A stretch of DNA of 64,000 nt from Octopus sinensis (GCF_006345805.1 NC_043008.1:22692001-22756000); one strand, 5' to 3'. Positions 12,563 to 26,857 are shown, counted from the first letter of the stretch. Numbers and translations: made by a program. Notes: a model not told the origin generated them from the letters alone.

Positions 12563-14289
12563 GTAAGAATTCTGGTGTTTCTATCCAAGTCCTTCGCTGA
12601 ACAATTTCAAAAGTCACATGTTGGTATCTCTGCATTTGTTGCAATGGGCTGATGCCTGTGTCGCATAACCAGCACCCATACCAGTGGCACATAAAAGGCA
12701 CCTTTCGAGTCCTGGGCCTCATAAAGACAATGACAAATGACTAAGACCTTTGGTAGTAGGCTGTGCTTGAGAAGAAGACCAATTAAGCTAATTGAAATCG
12801 TAGTTGTGGCAGATACTGGTGTTATGCAACTGGCGTGTAAAAGCACTCATTGCACTTTTGGAGTGGTTGGCATATTTGGAAGGGCATCCAACCATAGAAA
12901 CCATGCCAAATCAGACTGGAGTCAGGGGCAGCTCTGGTCGAACCATCCAACCCATGCCAGTATGGACAACGGACGCTAAATGATGATGATGATATACATA
13001 CACGTACACGCAGACGGCATCAGTATTGAGTACATGCTACAGTTCTGCAATTAAAATCCAGTTTTCTAGAAATAATTAGGATTCAGTGTTTTTCTTTTGT
13101 TTTTGATGTAAAAAGTAAAACCTCAATTTATGTTGGTTATTGGTACCAAGACGTGCATAGTAACTCGAAAAACAATGTACCAAAAAATAATAATTTTAAG
13201 ACTTCATTAGCTCATCATCATCATCGTTTAACATCTGATTTCTATGCTAGCATGGGTTGCACAATTTTGACTGGAGCTGCCCCTGCCTCCAATTGTCTGT
13301 TTTGGCATGGTTTCTATGGCTACATGCCTTTTCTAACACTAACCACTTTACACAGTGTTCTGGGTGCTTTTACATGGCACTGGCAACATCTTAATAAATG
13401 GTTTCTGTCTACCAAATTCACTCATAAGGCTATAGTGGAAGACACTTGCCCAAGGTGCCACACAGTGGGACTGAACCTGGAACCATGTAGTTGGGAAGCA
13501 AGCTTCTTACAAACAGCCGCTCTTGTGAATGTTTTTATGGTACAATGGGCTGTTAAATGTTAGTAGCACAAAGCCATCATCTGATTCAGAGCCTGGCTTA
13601 GGGATGACCCTGTGGTTAAAAAGTTCACATCCCAGCCATATGATATTGGGCTCAGTCTCTCATCATGGTGACACCTTCAATCAGGGTCTTCTGCTATAGC
13701 CACAGAATCATGAAAGCCTATCATATATGTACATTTGTGCATCTGTGGTAATGTTCACATTTGCACTTCTTCCGGAATCACTGAGCTACAAGCAGTGCTG
13801 TTGTTGTCATTTCTCCTGTCCGAAGACCTGTGCAATAAAAGTTCCCTTGAAAAATAGGAAAGGCATCTGGCCGTAAAACAGTTTCTCAGTAATATGTTCA
13901 ACTAACTCATGCTGCCATGGGAAAATAGACATAAAGGTTAACGATTGGATCTAGATCAAAATGATTGATGGGCTCTGGTGTGAAGTTGGACACTGCCAGA
14001 ACATAAACATCTGGTACATTTCATACTTATCCCTATTGCCTAGACAGTACAACCAATATTTCATGGCACATTGGTGTACCATGAGACAATGCTTGGTGTG
14101 CCACAGCGTAACCTGAATATAATTTTTTCCCAGAACTTTGTTTTTAGTTCAGGTGTGCTGCTAAATTTTGAAAAGAATATAAATGTACCTCGAGTGGAAA
14201 AAGGTTGCGGAGCACTGGCCTACGTAGACTAAGTGCAGCAAAGTATATTGAGCTCTTTAGAAGCAATGCCAGTATTCGTATTTTTTTTT

Positions 14290-14575
14290 TCTGCCTGGTG
14301 TCTCTCTCTTTATCCGCTCAGTCGAAGTCGACTCCCGGTCACTCGTTGGATCAGTGTCCTCCAGTCAGTTCTTGGTCGGCCTCTTCCTCTCTTGCCACTG
14401 ACCATTCCGAGCATGATGTCCTTCTCCAGGGATTTTCTCTGCATTATATAACCGAAATATGCCAATCTACGCTTGGTGATCCCAGCTTCTAGCGACATTT
14501 TCGGCCTTATCTGCGTAAGACCTTCTCCATTGGTGAGCCTCGCTGGCCATGGAATCCGCAAATAAATCAGCAATT
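14290..14575 (-). mobile_element. RTE-clade LINE 3' fragment in ATP5MG intron 2
   Basis: LRIPW.AR.TN...SLEAGITKRRLAYFGYIMQRKSLEKDIMLGMVSGKRGRGRPRTDW. Confidence 0.9.
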
Positions 14576-14663
14576 ATCTCATTGAAATTACCTTTTAGCC
14601 TGAAAAAAAAAAAAAGATATTCTTTGGCATAACATTTGTCTTTGTTTTCTTTTTAATTTACAG

Positions 14664-14780
14664 GAAGGCCTCCTCAATACTGTTATTGCAGTCGAAATAA
14701 TGTGTTGGTTCTTTGTTGGAGAAATAATCGGAAAAGGTAGTCTTATTGGTTACAACATACCAGGAGCATTTCATGCATAG
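14664..14780 (+). CDS. ATP5MG: ATP synthase subunit g, coding exon 3 of 3 (stop)
   Basis: Pyrimidine tract plus CAG acceptor; EGLLNTVIAVEIMCWFFVGEIIGKGSLIGYNIPGAFHA*. Contains the conserved E..CWF.VGEIIG (GxxxG) transmembrane motif. Joined protein is 108 aa. Confidence 0.96.
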   Translation, partial: EGLLNTVIAVEIMCWFFVGEIIGKGSLIGYNIPGAFHA

Positions 14781-14834
14781 TTCTGGATAGTATGTTGTTA
14801 TCTGTAACAGAGACTAGCTATTATTATTATCTGT

Positions 14835-14840
14835 AATAAA
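14835..14840 (+). terminator. Candidate polyadenylation signal of ATP5MG
   Basis: AATAAA about 55 nt after the stop codon, followed by a T-rich tract. Confidence 0.6.
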
Positions 14841-17800
14841 CGATTTTTCTTCACTTGTTGAACTTATTGAGTTTTATTTATTTTTTTTTTATTGATTGAT
14901 AAAAAGAGTAAAATTAATGTTTAATGTGTTTGCAGCAAGTTGGCAGAGATGTTAAAACAAAGGGCAAACTGTTTTGCTGTGTTTTGTTACAACTCATTGC
15001 ATCCCGAGTTCAAATCCTACCACGTCCTTTCTGGGATAGCCATAATAGCAATTTAGAGCAGTGGATAAGCAGAATTGTTAAAGCAACAGATCAGATACTT
15101 TGTGGTACCTGTGATTGCTCTATGTTTGTGTGTAGTTTTGCTTTCCTTACAATCTTTTATGTGCATTGTGAATCACTGCAGATCAGCAAGTGTCCCCCAG
15201 CTCTATAGAAACATGGTATAACCAGGATCTGCAGGTGATACCTTATCATATTGTGATGTTATTGTGTCACTTCTTGAAATCTGTATCATTTGGAACTTGG
15301 TTTACAATGCATTGAAATTACCTCCAATGATGAGAACATTGTGCCTGGTGACTACTGCACTGTGCCCCACCACAATTTTCCCAGGCCTTAACCAGTGGGG
15401 CATACGCACTATGTTGTGAGTCACTGATGGCACGTAAAAAGTACCAACCAATCGTGGCCATTGCCAGCCTCCCCTGGCACGTAAAAAGCACCCGCTACAC
15501 TCACAGAGTGGTTGGCGTTAGGAAAGGCATCCAGCTGTAGAAACTGCCAGATAGACTGGAGCCTGGTGCAGCCTCCTGGCTTCCCAGACCCAGGTCAAAC
15601 CGTCCCAACCCATGCTAGCATGGAAAACTGACGCTAAGCAATGGTGATGATGGTGTTTGGGAAATTGTTAAACTGTTGTAGTTGGCAATGGAGGCCATTG
15701 TAATAGCAGAAGAAAAGACAAAGAGGAGTCGGTTCTAATTGTTGGTTTGTGTTTTTCTACACCATTATTTTAGCAAGAACCGGAATAGCCTGGTTTTTTC
15801 TGATCACCTCAAAAGTTAAGCAAATTCTAAACCATGGGAATGTGTATAGTTCTTTGAAAATTCCTGGCTATTAAAACAAGATTCAAACTTCAGTTGTTGC
15901 CATTACATAATAAAATCTTCAGATATTTTAAACACTACCGTTTACATGAACTCACCATTGTTGGAGACTTTGGCTTTTTCTTCTTTGTCTCCCTTTAACC
16001 CACTTCTAACCCGATCACATCCATTCTCATGTCCCCCTCCCCTACCTTCATTAATTAGCTCTAGCAAAATCACTTTATCACAAATGACAGGGCCAGAAAC
16101 ATTAAATTTCACTCCTCATAGCAATCAAATGGATCAATCATTCCTCTGTCCCATTTCTTGCCACCACTTTGCCCAATTTGTTAAGGAACACCAACAACAC
16201 TGCATCTACACACCAGATGTTTAGCCCTTTCGAACCCAATCCACCTGAGACTGCCTCTCATTTTATGATGCAGACTTTTTGTATTAAAGTGATTTAAATT
16301 AAAAACTTTATGCTTTTCTGTCCCTGATTTCGGAATTATTTCACTAAATTCTTCATTATTTTCAAAACTAATTGAAATGAATGTACTATATTTCAGTACA
16401 AATACGATAATGAAAGGGTTTGTCTTCATTCCATATATCTGTTTGGGAAGGTGTTAACATATGTAACAGCAGTCAGTCACCAAGGATCATGCATTCATCT
16501 AGTTATACAAGAGTAATGTCCCTTGCTTAGAGCTACAACTATATTCAGTAGCCAGGTTATTGATCGGATTCCCGCCATAGCTATCCTATTTTTTATTCAT
16601 GCACATGATTAAAATGATGGGGAAAATTGTTAATGTTAGGTTGCGGTTTCCTTATTGGCTTATGAGTGACATGGTTTGGGTTTTATTTTTTTTTAGGTGA
16701 GTTATCTCCCTTCACCTCACTACTATTTCAACGTCCAATTTTCCATGTGGAATTTATTGAGGCAGACTTTCAATACCTGGATGCCAATGCTGACCGTTTT
16801 CCATGGAAGATTTGATATGAGCATTGCTGACACATATGACATCAAAAGGGATTCTCCATCTCACACACATATTAATGGAATTATTTCATTTTCCATCCAC
16901 TCACAATTCTGGGGCTATGAAGCTAAAAAGCAAACTTCTTAGCCACAAACATTTTACAGCCATTTTCCCCGCTAGTAAGGGTTACCTGTGCAGATTCTGT
17001 GACATCCTTTTCCATTCTTCACTTAACCCCCACCCTTTACTCAAGTTTTCTTCAGTCTTACCTTCATTTCTGCGAGAGATATCCACAGACTCTTAAAAGC
17101 CTGTGAGTAAACCGGCTGACCAGCAAGGGATTTAGTAAAAAACAAAAACAACATGGGCCTAAATTGTTTAGATGGGATTTTATTAATACTGATGGCAGAC
17201 TTAATTCCCACCCACCCCCCAGTTTGACCCCAAACCCTTCCAAAAAAACAAACAAAACTATATTTCAAATGTGTTAGTTCTCTGTTCGTTGTCGTGTGTC
17301 ACCTGTACATAAATACACCAAAGAAAACAACTAAGGATGAACAGAGATCATCAAACAATCCGAAACCATAGTATTTTCATGAAACAAAGTGGATTTAAAA
17401 AAAAAAAAAAAATTGTTACATCAATTCAGAATGACAATCAACATTTCAATTTTTTTTAAAGTTTATTTATTTATTTTTTTTACCAAAAAAACACAGAAGA
17501 AGAATAAAGCCAACAAATGAATTCTTTCTGAACAACAAACAATATAACATGAATGTGTTTAAAATTATAAACAAAAAAGAAACATTCAACTTTTTTCCCC
17601 CATTTTTTTTTTTGTCTTTCTTTTTTACTAAAGCAATTTTAACATTTCATAACCATAACAGGGAGTGGGGCAGTTAGTTTTCAGAAAGAGCAGAGTGTTA
17701 GGCCAAACAGGTGACGGTAATTTAGTTTTCTGTCTCTCCAAGTCCAAACTTACTCTCATGGGGAACAGTTTCTTTTTCTTTTTTTTTCCTTTTTTTTTTT

Positions 17801-19104
17801 TCCATAAAACAAAATTCCAGTAATATACTGGATTCCCTCATTGGCACTGACAATACAGCACGACTCCATCCAACTCCATATCACTGCCAAAACAAAAGCA
17901 ACTGGTCGTCCTCTATGTTCAAACAACTCTCTATTTGGTAACCATTAAATTGAAAAACCCATTCAAGTCAGGGAGTGGTGGGTGGTGGAGAAAGCAGATA
18001 GGAATTTTTTAAGATAAGAATTGGTTGGTGGTCAAGGCTGTCAGCAAATAGTGATGTCCGAGTGAACTGACCCGATGACTTGGCTTCATTGAATTTTATT
18101 TAACCCATTTTGAAAAAAAAAAAAAAAAACACACCTGCAAGTCATACCTGAATACCATACAGTCTTCCTCATAAACAAGAGACTTATACCATGAACAAAA
18201 TGCACACATGTATATTTAGTTCATTTAGTCAGAACTCCCTTTTATTTTGACACATTCTGGCCGTTGTAATCATCAGGTTAGAAAATTCTTGTCTGATAAT
18301 CATAACTGTGAAAGATTTGAGTTACAGGAAAAAAAATTTCAGCTTAAATAAATAGCATACTTTACACCAGGTATTTAGTACTACTTAGAATCACTTAATT
18401 GTTACTGTGAGTTTCTTGTTTCTGTGCACAGAAACAACTGGAAACATCTCAGCAAAACAAAAAGCTTGCAGCAGCAACAGTGTGGATCAACAGTTATGAA
18501 ATGAAATGAATAACCTCTACTACAGACATAAAGTACTTTTCCCTCTGCTTGTAACCCTCCTCAAATCTATATGTGAGTATGTGTGTATATATCTCTTTTA
18601 CTTGTTTCAGTCATTTGACTGCGGCCAAGCTGGAGCACTGCCTTTAATCGAGCAACTCGACCCCAGGACTTATTCTTTTTGTAAGCCCAGTACTTATTCT
18701 ATCGGTCTCTTTTTGCCGAACTGCTAAGTAACGGGGACATAAACACACCAGCATCGGTTGTCAAGCAATGCTAGGGGGACAAACACATATATCATCATCA
18801 TTTAACATCCATTCTCCATGCTTGCATGGATTGGATAGTTTGACAGGAATAGGCCAGCTGGAGCTCTATTCGTCTGTTTTGACATGGTTCCTACAGCTGG
18901 ATGCCCTTCCTAATGTCACCCACTTCACAGAGTGTACTGGGTGTTTTAAACATGGCATATAAGTTCCATGGAGGTGTATGTCAGCATGGTTGGTAAACTT
19001 CAACACCTGCTGCAAGAGGTGCTCATCATTACTACTCATTTTTTAAAGAGAATCATCAAGCATTGCTCAAAATTGAGTTGCAGCCATCACACAAATACAC
19101 ACAC

Positions 19105-19135
<31 letters not shown>

Positions 19136-21831
19136 AAGTTACATACATCAAAGGCAAAAGGACTTAATATGAAGAAGAGTTAAAATATGTGTATTTATAA
19201 AAATCCTGATAATTCAAGTTACTGAGAGTTTGCAAAATGCCAAGCTTCAAACTGAACATCATCAGATAATTGAACATTAACTTTGTGTCACTGAATACAG
19301 ATAAAATGTTCTATCAAATTCTCTCTGGAGTAATCAAAGTGTTGTAGTTAAAAAACAAATTCAGTTAACATCATAAAATATGGTCAAAGTAAGGTAACTG
19401 CTAAATTAATTGAGCCATCAAATGCTAAAATCGCAATTAATGAAACATTTAAGAAGCTAGGGCAGAATTTAAAAAATTACAAGTAAAAAGGAAAGAGCTT
19501 AATAGCAAGAATAAACGTTAATATGTTGTGCAGTTGTTTAGATGTAGAAGGGAAACCAGCAAAGTTTCTTGGATACATGCACCACCAGCTTATATTGCTC
19601 CCCGCAACACTCACAAATTCAGAAATTTTGGAAAAAATGTGACAAAACTCTCAAGTTAAATCAGATCATTGGAAGAGACTGTTTCCAAGTATATCAATTA
19701 GAAGAGGATTGAAAAACCAAAGCCATATAGGTAAAGGTGTGGCTGTGTGGTAGGAAGCTTGGTTCTGAGTTAGTCCCACTGTGTGGCACTTTGGCCAAGT
19801 GTCTTCTGCTATAGCCTTGGGCTGACCAAAGCCTTGTGAGTAGATTTGGCAGACAGAAACTGAAAGAAGCCTGACACTACAAAAAGATAAAATATAGAGG
19901 TAAAATAAGTGTTATTCTAGTGCAGAAAAATCACACACTTATGCAACTATTGTGTACCAGCTCCTAAAAGGTTCAAAGCAAAGAAAGTGAGATGGGCACC
20001 CCAACTCTGGAAGGTCATGTGGGGCTTACAAACATACAAGTACAACCGTTCAGTGAGTTGTGAGGGAACAAAAGTATTTGAAAATTAAAAAAAAAAAATC
20101 ATTGTAACCAGAACTATAAATGTTAAGTCAGAACCTTTTGGAATATCCAGGTAAGTAAATTTATTCTATGGAACTGGATAAAATCACAGTATTTATGCAT
20201 GAATGTAGCAATGTATAATAGAAATTTATGGGTGTAGAGGCACATGGCTCAGTGGTTAGGGTTTTGGACTCATGATCATAACATCGTAGTTTCGATTCCT
20301 GGACCGGGCGACACGTTGTGTTCTTGTGCAAAACACTTCATTTCCCGTTGCTCCAGTCCACTGAACTGATAGAAATGAGTAATCCTATGAAGGACTGTCA
20401 TCTTCCCTTTCAAGGAGGAATATACATGCCTGAGAAACTGGCCCTATGCTCTTTACAGAGTGATGTAGACTAACCATGCACTTCAGGTGTGCAATTTGTG
20501 GTGTGGGGCACCTTGGCTCACATACCATCAGGGTGTCAACACTATCTAAAGGGGATACAGATATGATCATAACAAGGTGCTCATAGCACCTGCTAATATT
20601 TTGGAGGAGGAGGAGGCAAGCAAGAAATGCCAAACCTAGGGGAAACCTATGCCATTAATCAAGTTTATGAGGGAGAAAAGGGAGCTGTCAACCACAGCAA
20701 GAACAACAAATTGTCCTGTTGTGGGGACATGGAAGTAGACTTAGGAGGAAGGGTGCAAGTCATGAAGACAAGCCCAAGCCCGAGGTTGAGCATTGCTCTG
20801 TGCTCTGAAGTAGTGGAGAAGACTGAACTTACAAAGTCCTGTTTGAGAAAAGTGTGATCAAGAGAGGACAGAACACCAGAAACCTTTTACAAGTATGGGT
20901 ATTTCCAGTCAACGTTGCTGAAGAGTATTTCCTGGTCAGTTGGTTTGGCAAATGCTCACAGCCAATGGAATAACAAAAAAGGTGAGGAAGACAGCAGTTT
21001 ACAGAAGAAGAGAGACAACAGGTGAAAGCACCTTTTCTTAGTTAACCCTTTTGCATTTAAACCAACTAAATCCGGCCCCAGATATTCTACCTGTTTTATG
21101 TTCAAACTGGTCAGATCCAGCCTCTCACACCTACCCTACAATGTTATACTTAAGATAATCACAGCATTATCATCTTGAAGCTTTGAGATAATCCAATGAT
21201 TGACTGAAAATAATTTGATGAAGTAATCTGAACTTTAAAAGGTTAAAGGGCAAGCAAAAAGCCAGGCTGAGGAGAAGGACAGTGATTTGGTCAACACAAC
21301 CAACATGTTACAGAAGAATGTTATGGTTGAGAATTGAAACAGCCAACAGATATTCGATGTTGTCAGATGAAAGGAAAGCATCTTTTTTCCTTTTTCCAGA
21401 TGCAATTACTGTCTCTGCACTTCATCAATTCAGCTTCATTGCATCAATAAAGTTTTATTCATCTTGTTATTAAACTGTAAGAAATTTTTTACACAAACAC
21501 ACACACACAAATCTTTTCAAGCCATAATTTCTTAATTATGACCCATCTCGTTAGTGTTCCATTAATTCAGATCTTGGAATATAACAGATCCGAGTTTCAT
21601 AAAGGACAACACCACTTAAATTACAATTTGTTGCTTACGTTACTTTGACCATATTCAGCAATTTAATTAACTGAGTTTCTCTAAGAATACCTTCATTGAT
21701 TGAAATGGAAAATTGGAAAATGAAAGAAAAAGAGTACCTCTATGTGCTCAAAGACACATCAGTTCCATGAATGCTTAGAGCCTGTTGGATGTATTTGTGT
21801 GTGTGTATATACATATATATATATATATATA

Positions 21832-22182
21832 TCATCATCATCATCATCATTTAACGTCCGCTTTCCATGCTAGCATGGGTTGGACGGTTCAACTGGGGTC
21901 TGGGGAGCCCGAAAGCTGCACCAGTCCAGTCAGATCTGGCAGTGTTTCTACAGCTGGATGCCCTTCCTAACGCCAACCACTCCGAGAGTGTAGTGGGTGA
22001 TTTTATGTGCCACCGACACAGGTGCCAGACGAGGCTGGCAAACGGCCACGCTCGGATGGTGTTTTTTATGTGCCACCGACACAGGTGCCAGACGAGGCTG
22101 GCAGACGGCCACGCTCGGATGGTGTTTTTTATGTGCCACCGACATAGGTGCCAGACAAGGCTGGCAGACGGCCATGCTCGGA

Positions 22183-22185
<3 letters not shown>
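21832..22185 (-). mobile_element. (GAT)n-tailed retroposon 3' segment with internal ~62-bp tandem units; near-identical copy at 52763-53110
   Basis: CATCAT...TTTAACGTCCGCTTTCCATGCTAGCATGGGTTGGACGG followed by three GTGCCACCGACACAGGTGCCAGACGAGGCTGGC...GGATGGTGTTTTTTAT units. Other copies lie near 9.5, 11.2, 12.9, 13.2, 15.5, 26.2, 41.5, 50.0, 58.7, 59.6 and 60.0 kb. Confidence 0.85.
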
Positions 22186-22221
<36 letters not shown>

Positions 22222-22349
22222 TAGATACACACACACCGACACATATATATATACATATACACATACATATATACAAATACACATATATGTTCATACATAT
22301 ATATGCATACACATACATAGAAATGCATACATACACGTGTGTGTGTATG

Positions 22350-22401
<52 letters not shown>

Positions 22402-22414
22402 TATATACATATAC

Positions 22415-22446
<32 letters not shown>

Positions 22447-22491
22447 TTACATATATATATATATATATATATTATATACACATATATTTAT

Positions 22492-22525
<34 letters not shown>

Positions 22526-25014
22526 ATTTATATATATATATATACACACACATATATATATAAATCAAGGGTTGAACAGAAAGAACACACCATACAGAAA
22601 ACTAGATGAAAACATAACAAATGAGAAGTTATTAAGGAGGTAGAATTTGATTGTCAAATGACCTCATCATGTGTGAGGGAAGACAAGAAAATATATCAAA
22701 ATTCAAAATAAGTCCACACACACACACACTGTTGAACATAAACAACACGAACAGGCTTTAATTAATTATCTGTTTTACTGTCCCTTAAAAAAACCATGCC
22801 TTTGATATAATTGAAATGCCAAAACAAAACAACAAAAAAAATTTTTACCTTTTTAATTAATGTAACTAATTAATAATTTAGTGACAGATGTGGCAGAGTT
22901 GTTGTTTAGCCACAAGTCATCCCAGATTGAGCACACCTTATGGTCGAAGACATTCCAATACTGACCATCCTCCGATCTTTTAACAAACAGTGTGCCTAGG
23001 ACAATCCAATAGGATTTTGAAAAAAAAAGTAAAGTGTAATTTGAAAGAGATTTAATTGCTATTTCTAGCATGTTGAGTGGTTCAGTGACAGCATAGGAGC
23101 TTTGTGTCTGGTAGAATAAGTAATTCGAAACACTGAATGAATGCCTTATTGCAAGAATTTCTTAGACTAGGTTCTATGGAAAAAAATTCCAAGGGTTCTG
23201 TGGGACAAAGGGGGTTTCTAACATTTAAAAATTTTGTCAATAGCAAGAAATTTTCTCCATGACAAAACACATGGAATGGCTTTCTTGTAGGTTTGAATAT
23301 ATTCCCAACATATTTGAACTGGTATTGAATTTTAAAATATATTTTATAAATAAAAAAAAAGATATTTACCATTTTCGAAATGATAAATTATTTGATTTTT
23401 TAAAAAATATGAATAAATTCTCTCCTTAAAGCAATTTTTATTCAGTTAAAATTTAGGGGAGAGGGAGTTAATTGTAAAATATAAGTATGAGTTTTTTTTT
23501 TGTTTTCTTTTTGAAAAATCATGATAAAATCAAAATAAATCTGGTGGGGAAAGGAACCCTATTTAATACATATTATCCAGTCCTTCCCCTTCATATTACT
23601 CTGAGCCTTTTGTTTCAGCCCCTTCTGCTAGAAACAACAAGAGTAGTAATATAGTTGTCCAGAACCCAATAGGCTATAATCTAACCCACTGCTTCCAACA
23701 GTGAATTTTTACTTATAAGCAGACAAACCAAGTCATTTGTGAGTGTCTTGAACACAATGAAATGATGGCCAGTGTACAGGATGCAAGCCACTGACTCTGC
23801 ATCAGCTAGTTATCTTGAACTTTAGTGCTATAATTGCCATCCACAGAATGCACTCAACACAAAGTAGAGAAAATGCCCTCAACTGGTGCCACTACTCCAA
23901 TAACCATATGAAGTGATCCTGATCTCTATGACCTGCAGTACAGGTTGAACCCTGCTCTACAAACAAGTAAACAATCTCATCAATTCTAACACTTTTAAAG
24001 CTGTGAGTTTGTCCTCTACACTGCACTACCTATTAACAGCTAGGTGGACTGGGTCGTTCATTTACAGGCACTATCTAAAATACATATGCTTCTGAGATGG
24101 AGGCCCTACAAGTCATTAAAACAGGGCCTTAAATGACCAGTATAAATGCTAAAAGGTTAAGGATAAGCTATCATCCATACCACCCATCCCATAAACTAAT
24201 TTGTTGGGGTTTACTGGATGACACATATGCTTCTTTTACTGGTTTCAGGCATTAGACCTGTGGCCAAGTTGGAGCAACACCTTTTAGTAGTAGGGTTGCA
24301 GATTTATTATATTGAAAAAAAAAAAAAAAAGCAGCATGTTGGGTTAACAAGTCACCCAACATGAAGATTTTGCTGGTAAATTTAAGAATATACGCACACA
24401 CACACATATATATCATCATCATTTTTACATGCTTTCCAACACAGTGCCTTGCCTTTTGTCACAAAGGAGGGACAAGACAACACAGACAGTGTTTCTTTAT
24501 CATCTTCGTGAAGTTCAGCTTCCTGAGATCAGTTTTATCACCCAAGTCTTCCTTAGCGTTCCCCTTCAATAGTTTCTTTCCACCCAAATCCCCACAACAC
24601 TTCTACACCCATCTGTCATCTTGTTATATCCTTCGTACACATCAAGTCCCCGTAGCAACACACTCTACACTCTTGCATGCTCCTATTCATTCCACTTGTA
24701 CCTAGTTTAGCTCCCAGCTCATCTGTACTACACCAACCACACATACTAACATACATAAGGACTGAGCACAGGCTGGTCCTAATCTAACATCATACTCAAT
24801 ACACTCACTCTTTTACTTGTTTCAGCCATCTGACTACGGCCATGCTGGAGCACCACCTCTAGTCAAGCAAATCGTCTCCAGGACTTACTCTTAGTAAGTC
24901 GAGAACTTATTCTATCGGTCTCTTTTGCCGAACCGCTAAGTTACAGGGACATAAACACATCAGCATCGGTGGTCAAGCGATGTTGGGGGAACAAACACAG
25001 ATACACAAACATAT

Positions 25015-25053
<39 letters not shown>

Positions 25054-25688
25054 CATTTATACGATGGGCTTCTTTCAGTTTCCGTCTACCAAATCCACTC
25101 GCAAGGCTTTGGTCGGCCCGAGGCTATAGTAGAAGACACTTGCCCAAGGTGCCACGCAGTGGGACTGAACCCGGAACCATGCGGTTGGTAAACAAGCTAC
25201 TTACCACACAGCCACTCCTGCGTATATATATATACACAACGGGCTTCTTTCAGTTTCCGTCTACCAAATCCACTCACAAGGCTTCGGTCGGCCCGAGGCT
25301 ATAGTAGAAGACACTTGCCCAAGGTGCCACGCAGTGGGACTGAACCCGGAACCATGCGGTTTGTAAGCAAGCTACTTACCACACAGCCACTCCCACGCCT
25401 AATAGGATCCTTAAGTATAAAAATTAAATATCTTAGGGACAAAACACAAAAAAGGTTCAAACAGCATTTTAACACAGACACAACAACTACTTATTCCACC
25501 GCTCCACCGACTGTGATTTGTTCTTATAAATCTCTGTCAGCATTTCATAAAGTCAAATATACAGCTTATAGTATTTTATTATTCATTCAATAACTGATCA
25601 ACGTCAGCATCGCCAATACAGTATGTTTTCATTTCTTTTTTTTTCCCCCCCATGGTATTTACACTTGGAAGGATGAAGAACTAAGTGG

Positions 25689-25719
<31 letters not shown>

Positions 25720-25933
25720 TCATCATAGGGAAACAATTGCAAAAGGAGGTGCGGGGGTGGGGTGGGGGGTGCATATTGGGTTGATTACATCCTGAAGGTG
25801 TATATAGGTATACATGTGTGCATATACAATACATAAATTCAAACCTTTGTGTGTGTGTGTGTGTGTATATATTTATACATATATACAGGCATATCTACAT
25901 GTAAATATATATATATAAATATGTATGTATGTA

Positions 25934-25975
<42 letters not shown>

Positions 25976-26007
25976 CATACATATAAATATATATATATAT
26001 AAATATG

Positions 26008-26061
<54 letters not shown>

Positions 26062-26383
26062 CGCCATACTAATACAATTGTTTGTTTGTACTCCACCTGC
26101 CTTCGTCTTTTGTTTATTTTCATAAACCTTCCCATTATCATCATCATCATCATCATCATCGTTTAACGTCCGTTTTCCGCGCTAGCACGGGTTGGACGGT
26201 TGCGACCGGGGTCTGGAGAGCTCGGGACTGCCCCAGGCTCCAGTCTAGTCTGGCAGTGTTTCTACAGCTGGATGCCCTTCCTAACGCCAACCACTCCGCG
26301 AGTGTAGTGGGTGTTTTTTACGTGCCACCTGCACAGGTGCCAGAGGGGTCTGGCATCGGCCACGTTCGGATGGTGCTTTTTAT

Positions 26384-26857
26384 GGGGGGGGTGCAGAAAT
26401 ATAGGGGAGCACCAGTGGGAGGGGTGGTTCAGAGGACAGGTTCTAGGCAAGTAGAAAGTAGGATATCAAGAGAGGGGTAATGCATGGTGAAATAGCGTAT
26501 TGAAGAGGGGGGTTCAAAGAGTAGACACCTATAATGGTGGTGGGGGGGGGGTGCAGAAATATAGGGGAGCACCAGTGGGAGGGGTGGTTCAGAGGACAGG
26601 TTCTAGGCAAGTAGAACGTAGGATATCGAGAGAGGGGTAATGCATGGTGAAATAGCGTATTGAAGAGGGGGGTTCAAAGAGTAGACACCTATAATGGTGG
26701 TGGGGGGGTGCAGAAATATAGGGGAGCACCAGTGGGAGGGGTGGTTCAGAGGACAGGTTCTAGGCAAGTAGAACGTAGGATATCGAGAGAGGGGTAATGC
26801 ATGGTGAAATAGCGTATTGAAGAGAGGGGTTCAAAGAGTAGACACCTATAATGGTGG
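26384..26857. repeat. G-rich tandem repeat, 3 copies of 157-160 bp
   Basis: GTGCAGAAATATAGGGGAGCACC starts at 26391, 26551 and 26708; the units are nearly identical. Confidence 0.95.

Noticed and set aside
20590-21020. Possible decayed LINE endonuclease on the minus strand
   Set aside because: Only vague motif similarity; too degraded to support a call.
21990-22185. CRISPR-like regularly spaced ~62-bp repeats (also at 50090-50310 and 52930-53150)
   Set aside because: There are no unique spacers; the units are contiguous tandem repeats inside a dispersed eukaryotic retroposon, and no cas genes are present.
21851-22643. Long ORFs (153-258 aa) here, and similar ones near 25.9, 33.3, 44.2, 46.5 and 49.4 kb
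   Set aside because: They are translations of (AT)n/(AC)n microsatellites (IYIY, HTHT) and SINE sequence, which lack stop codons by composition.
23596-23627. Possible minus-strand terminal exon (xEGAETKGSE*) after a CTCTTGTTGTTTCTAG acceptor
   Set aside because: Too short, no recognisable homology and no supporting upstream exon; compatible with chance.
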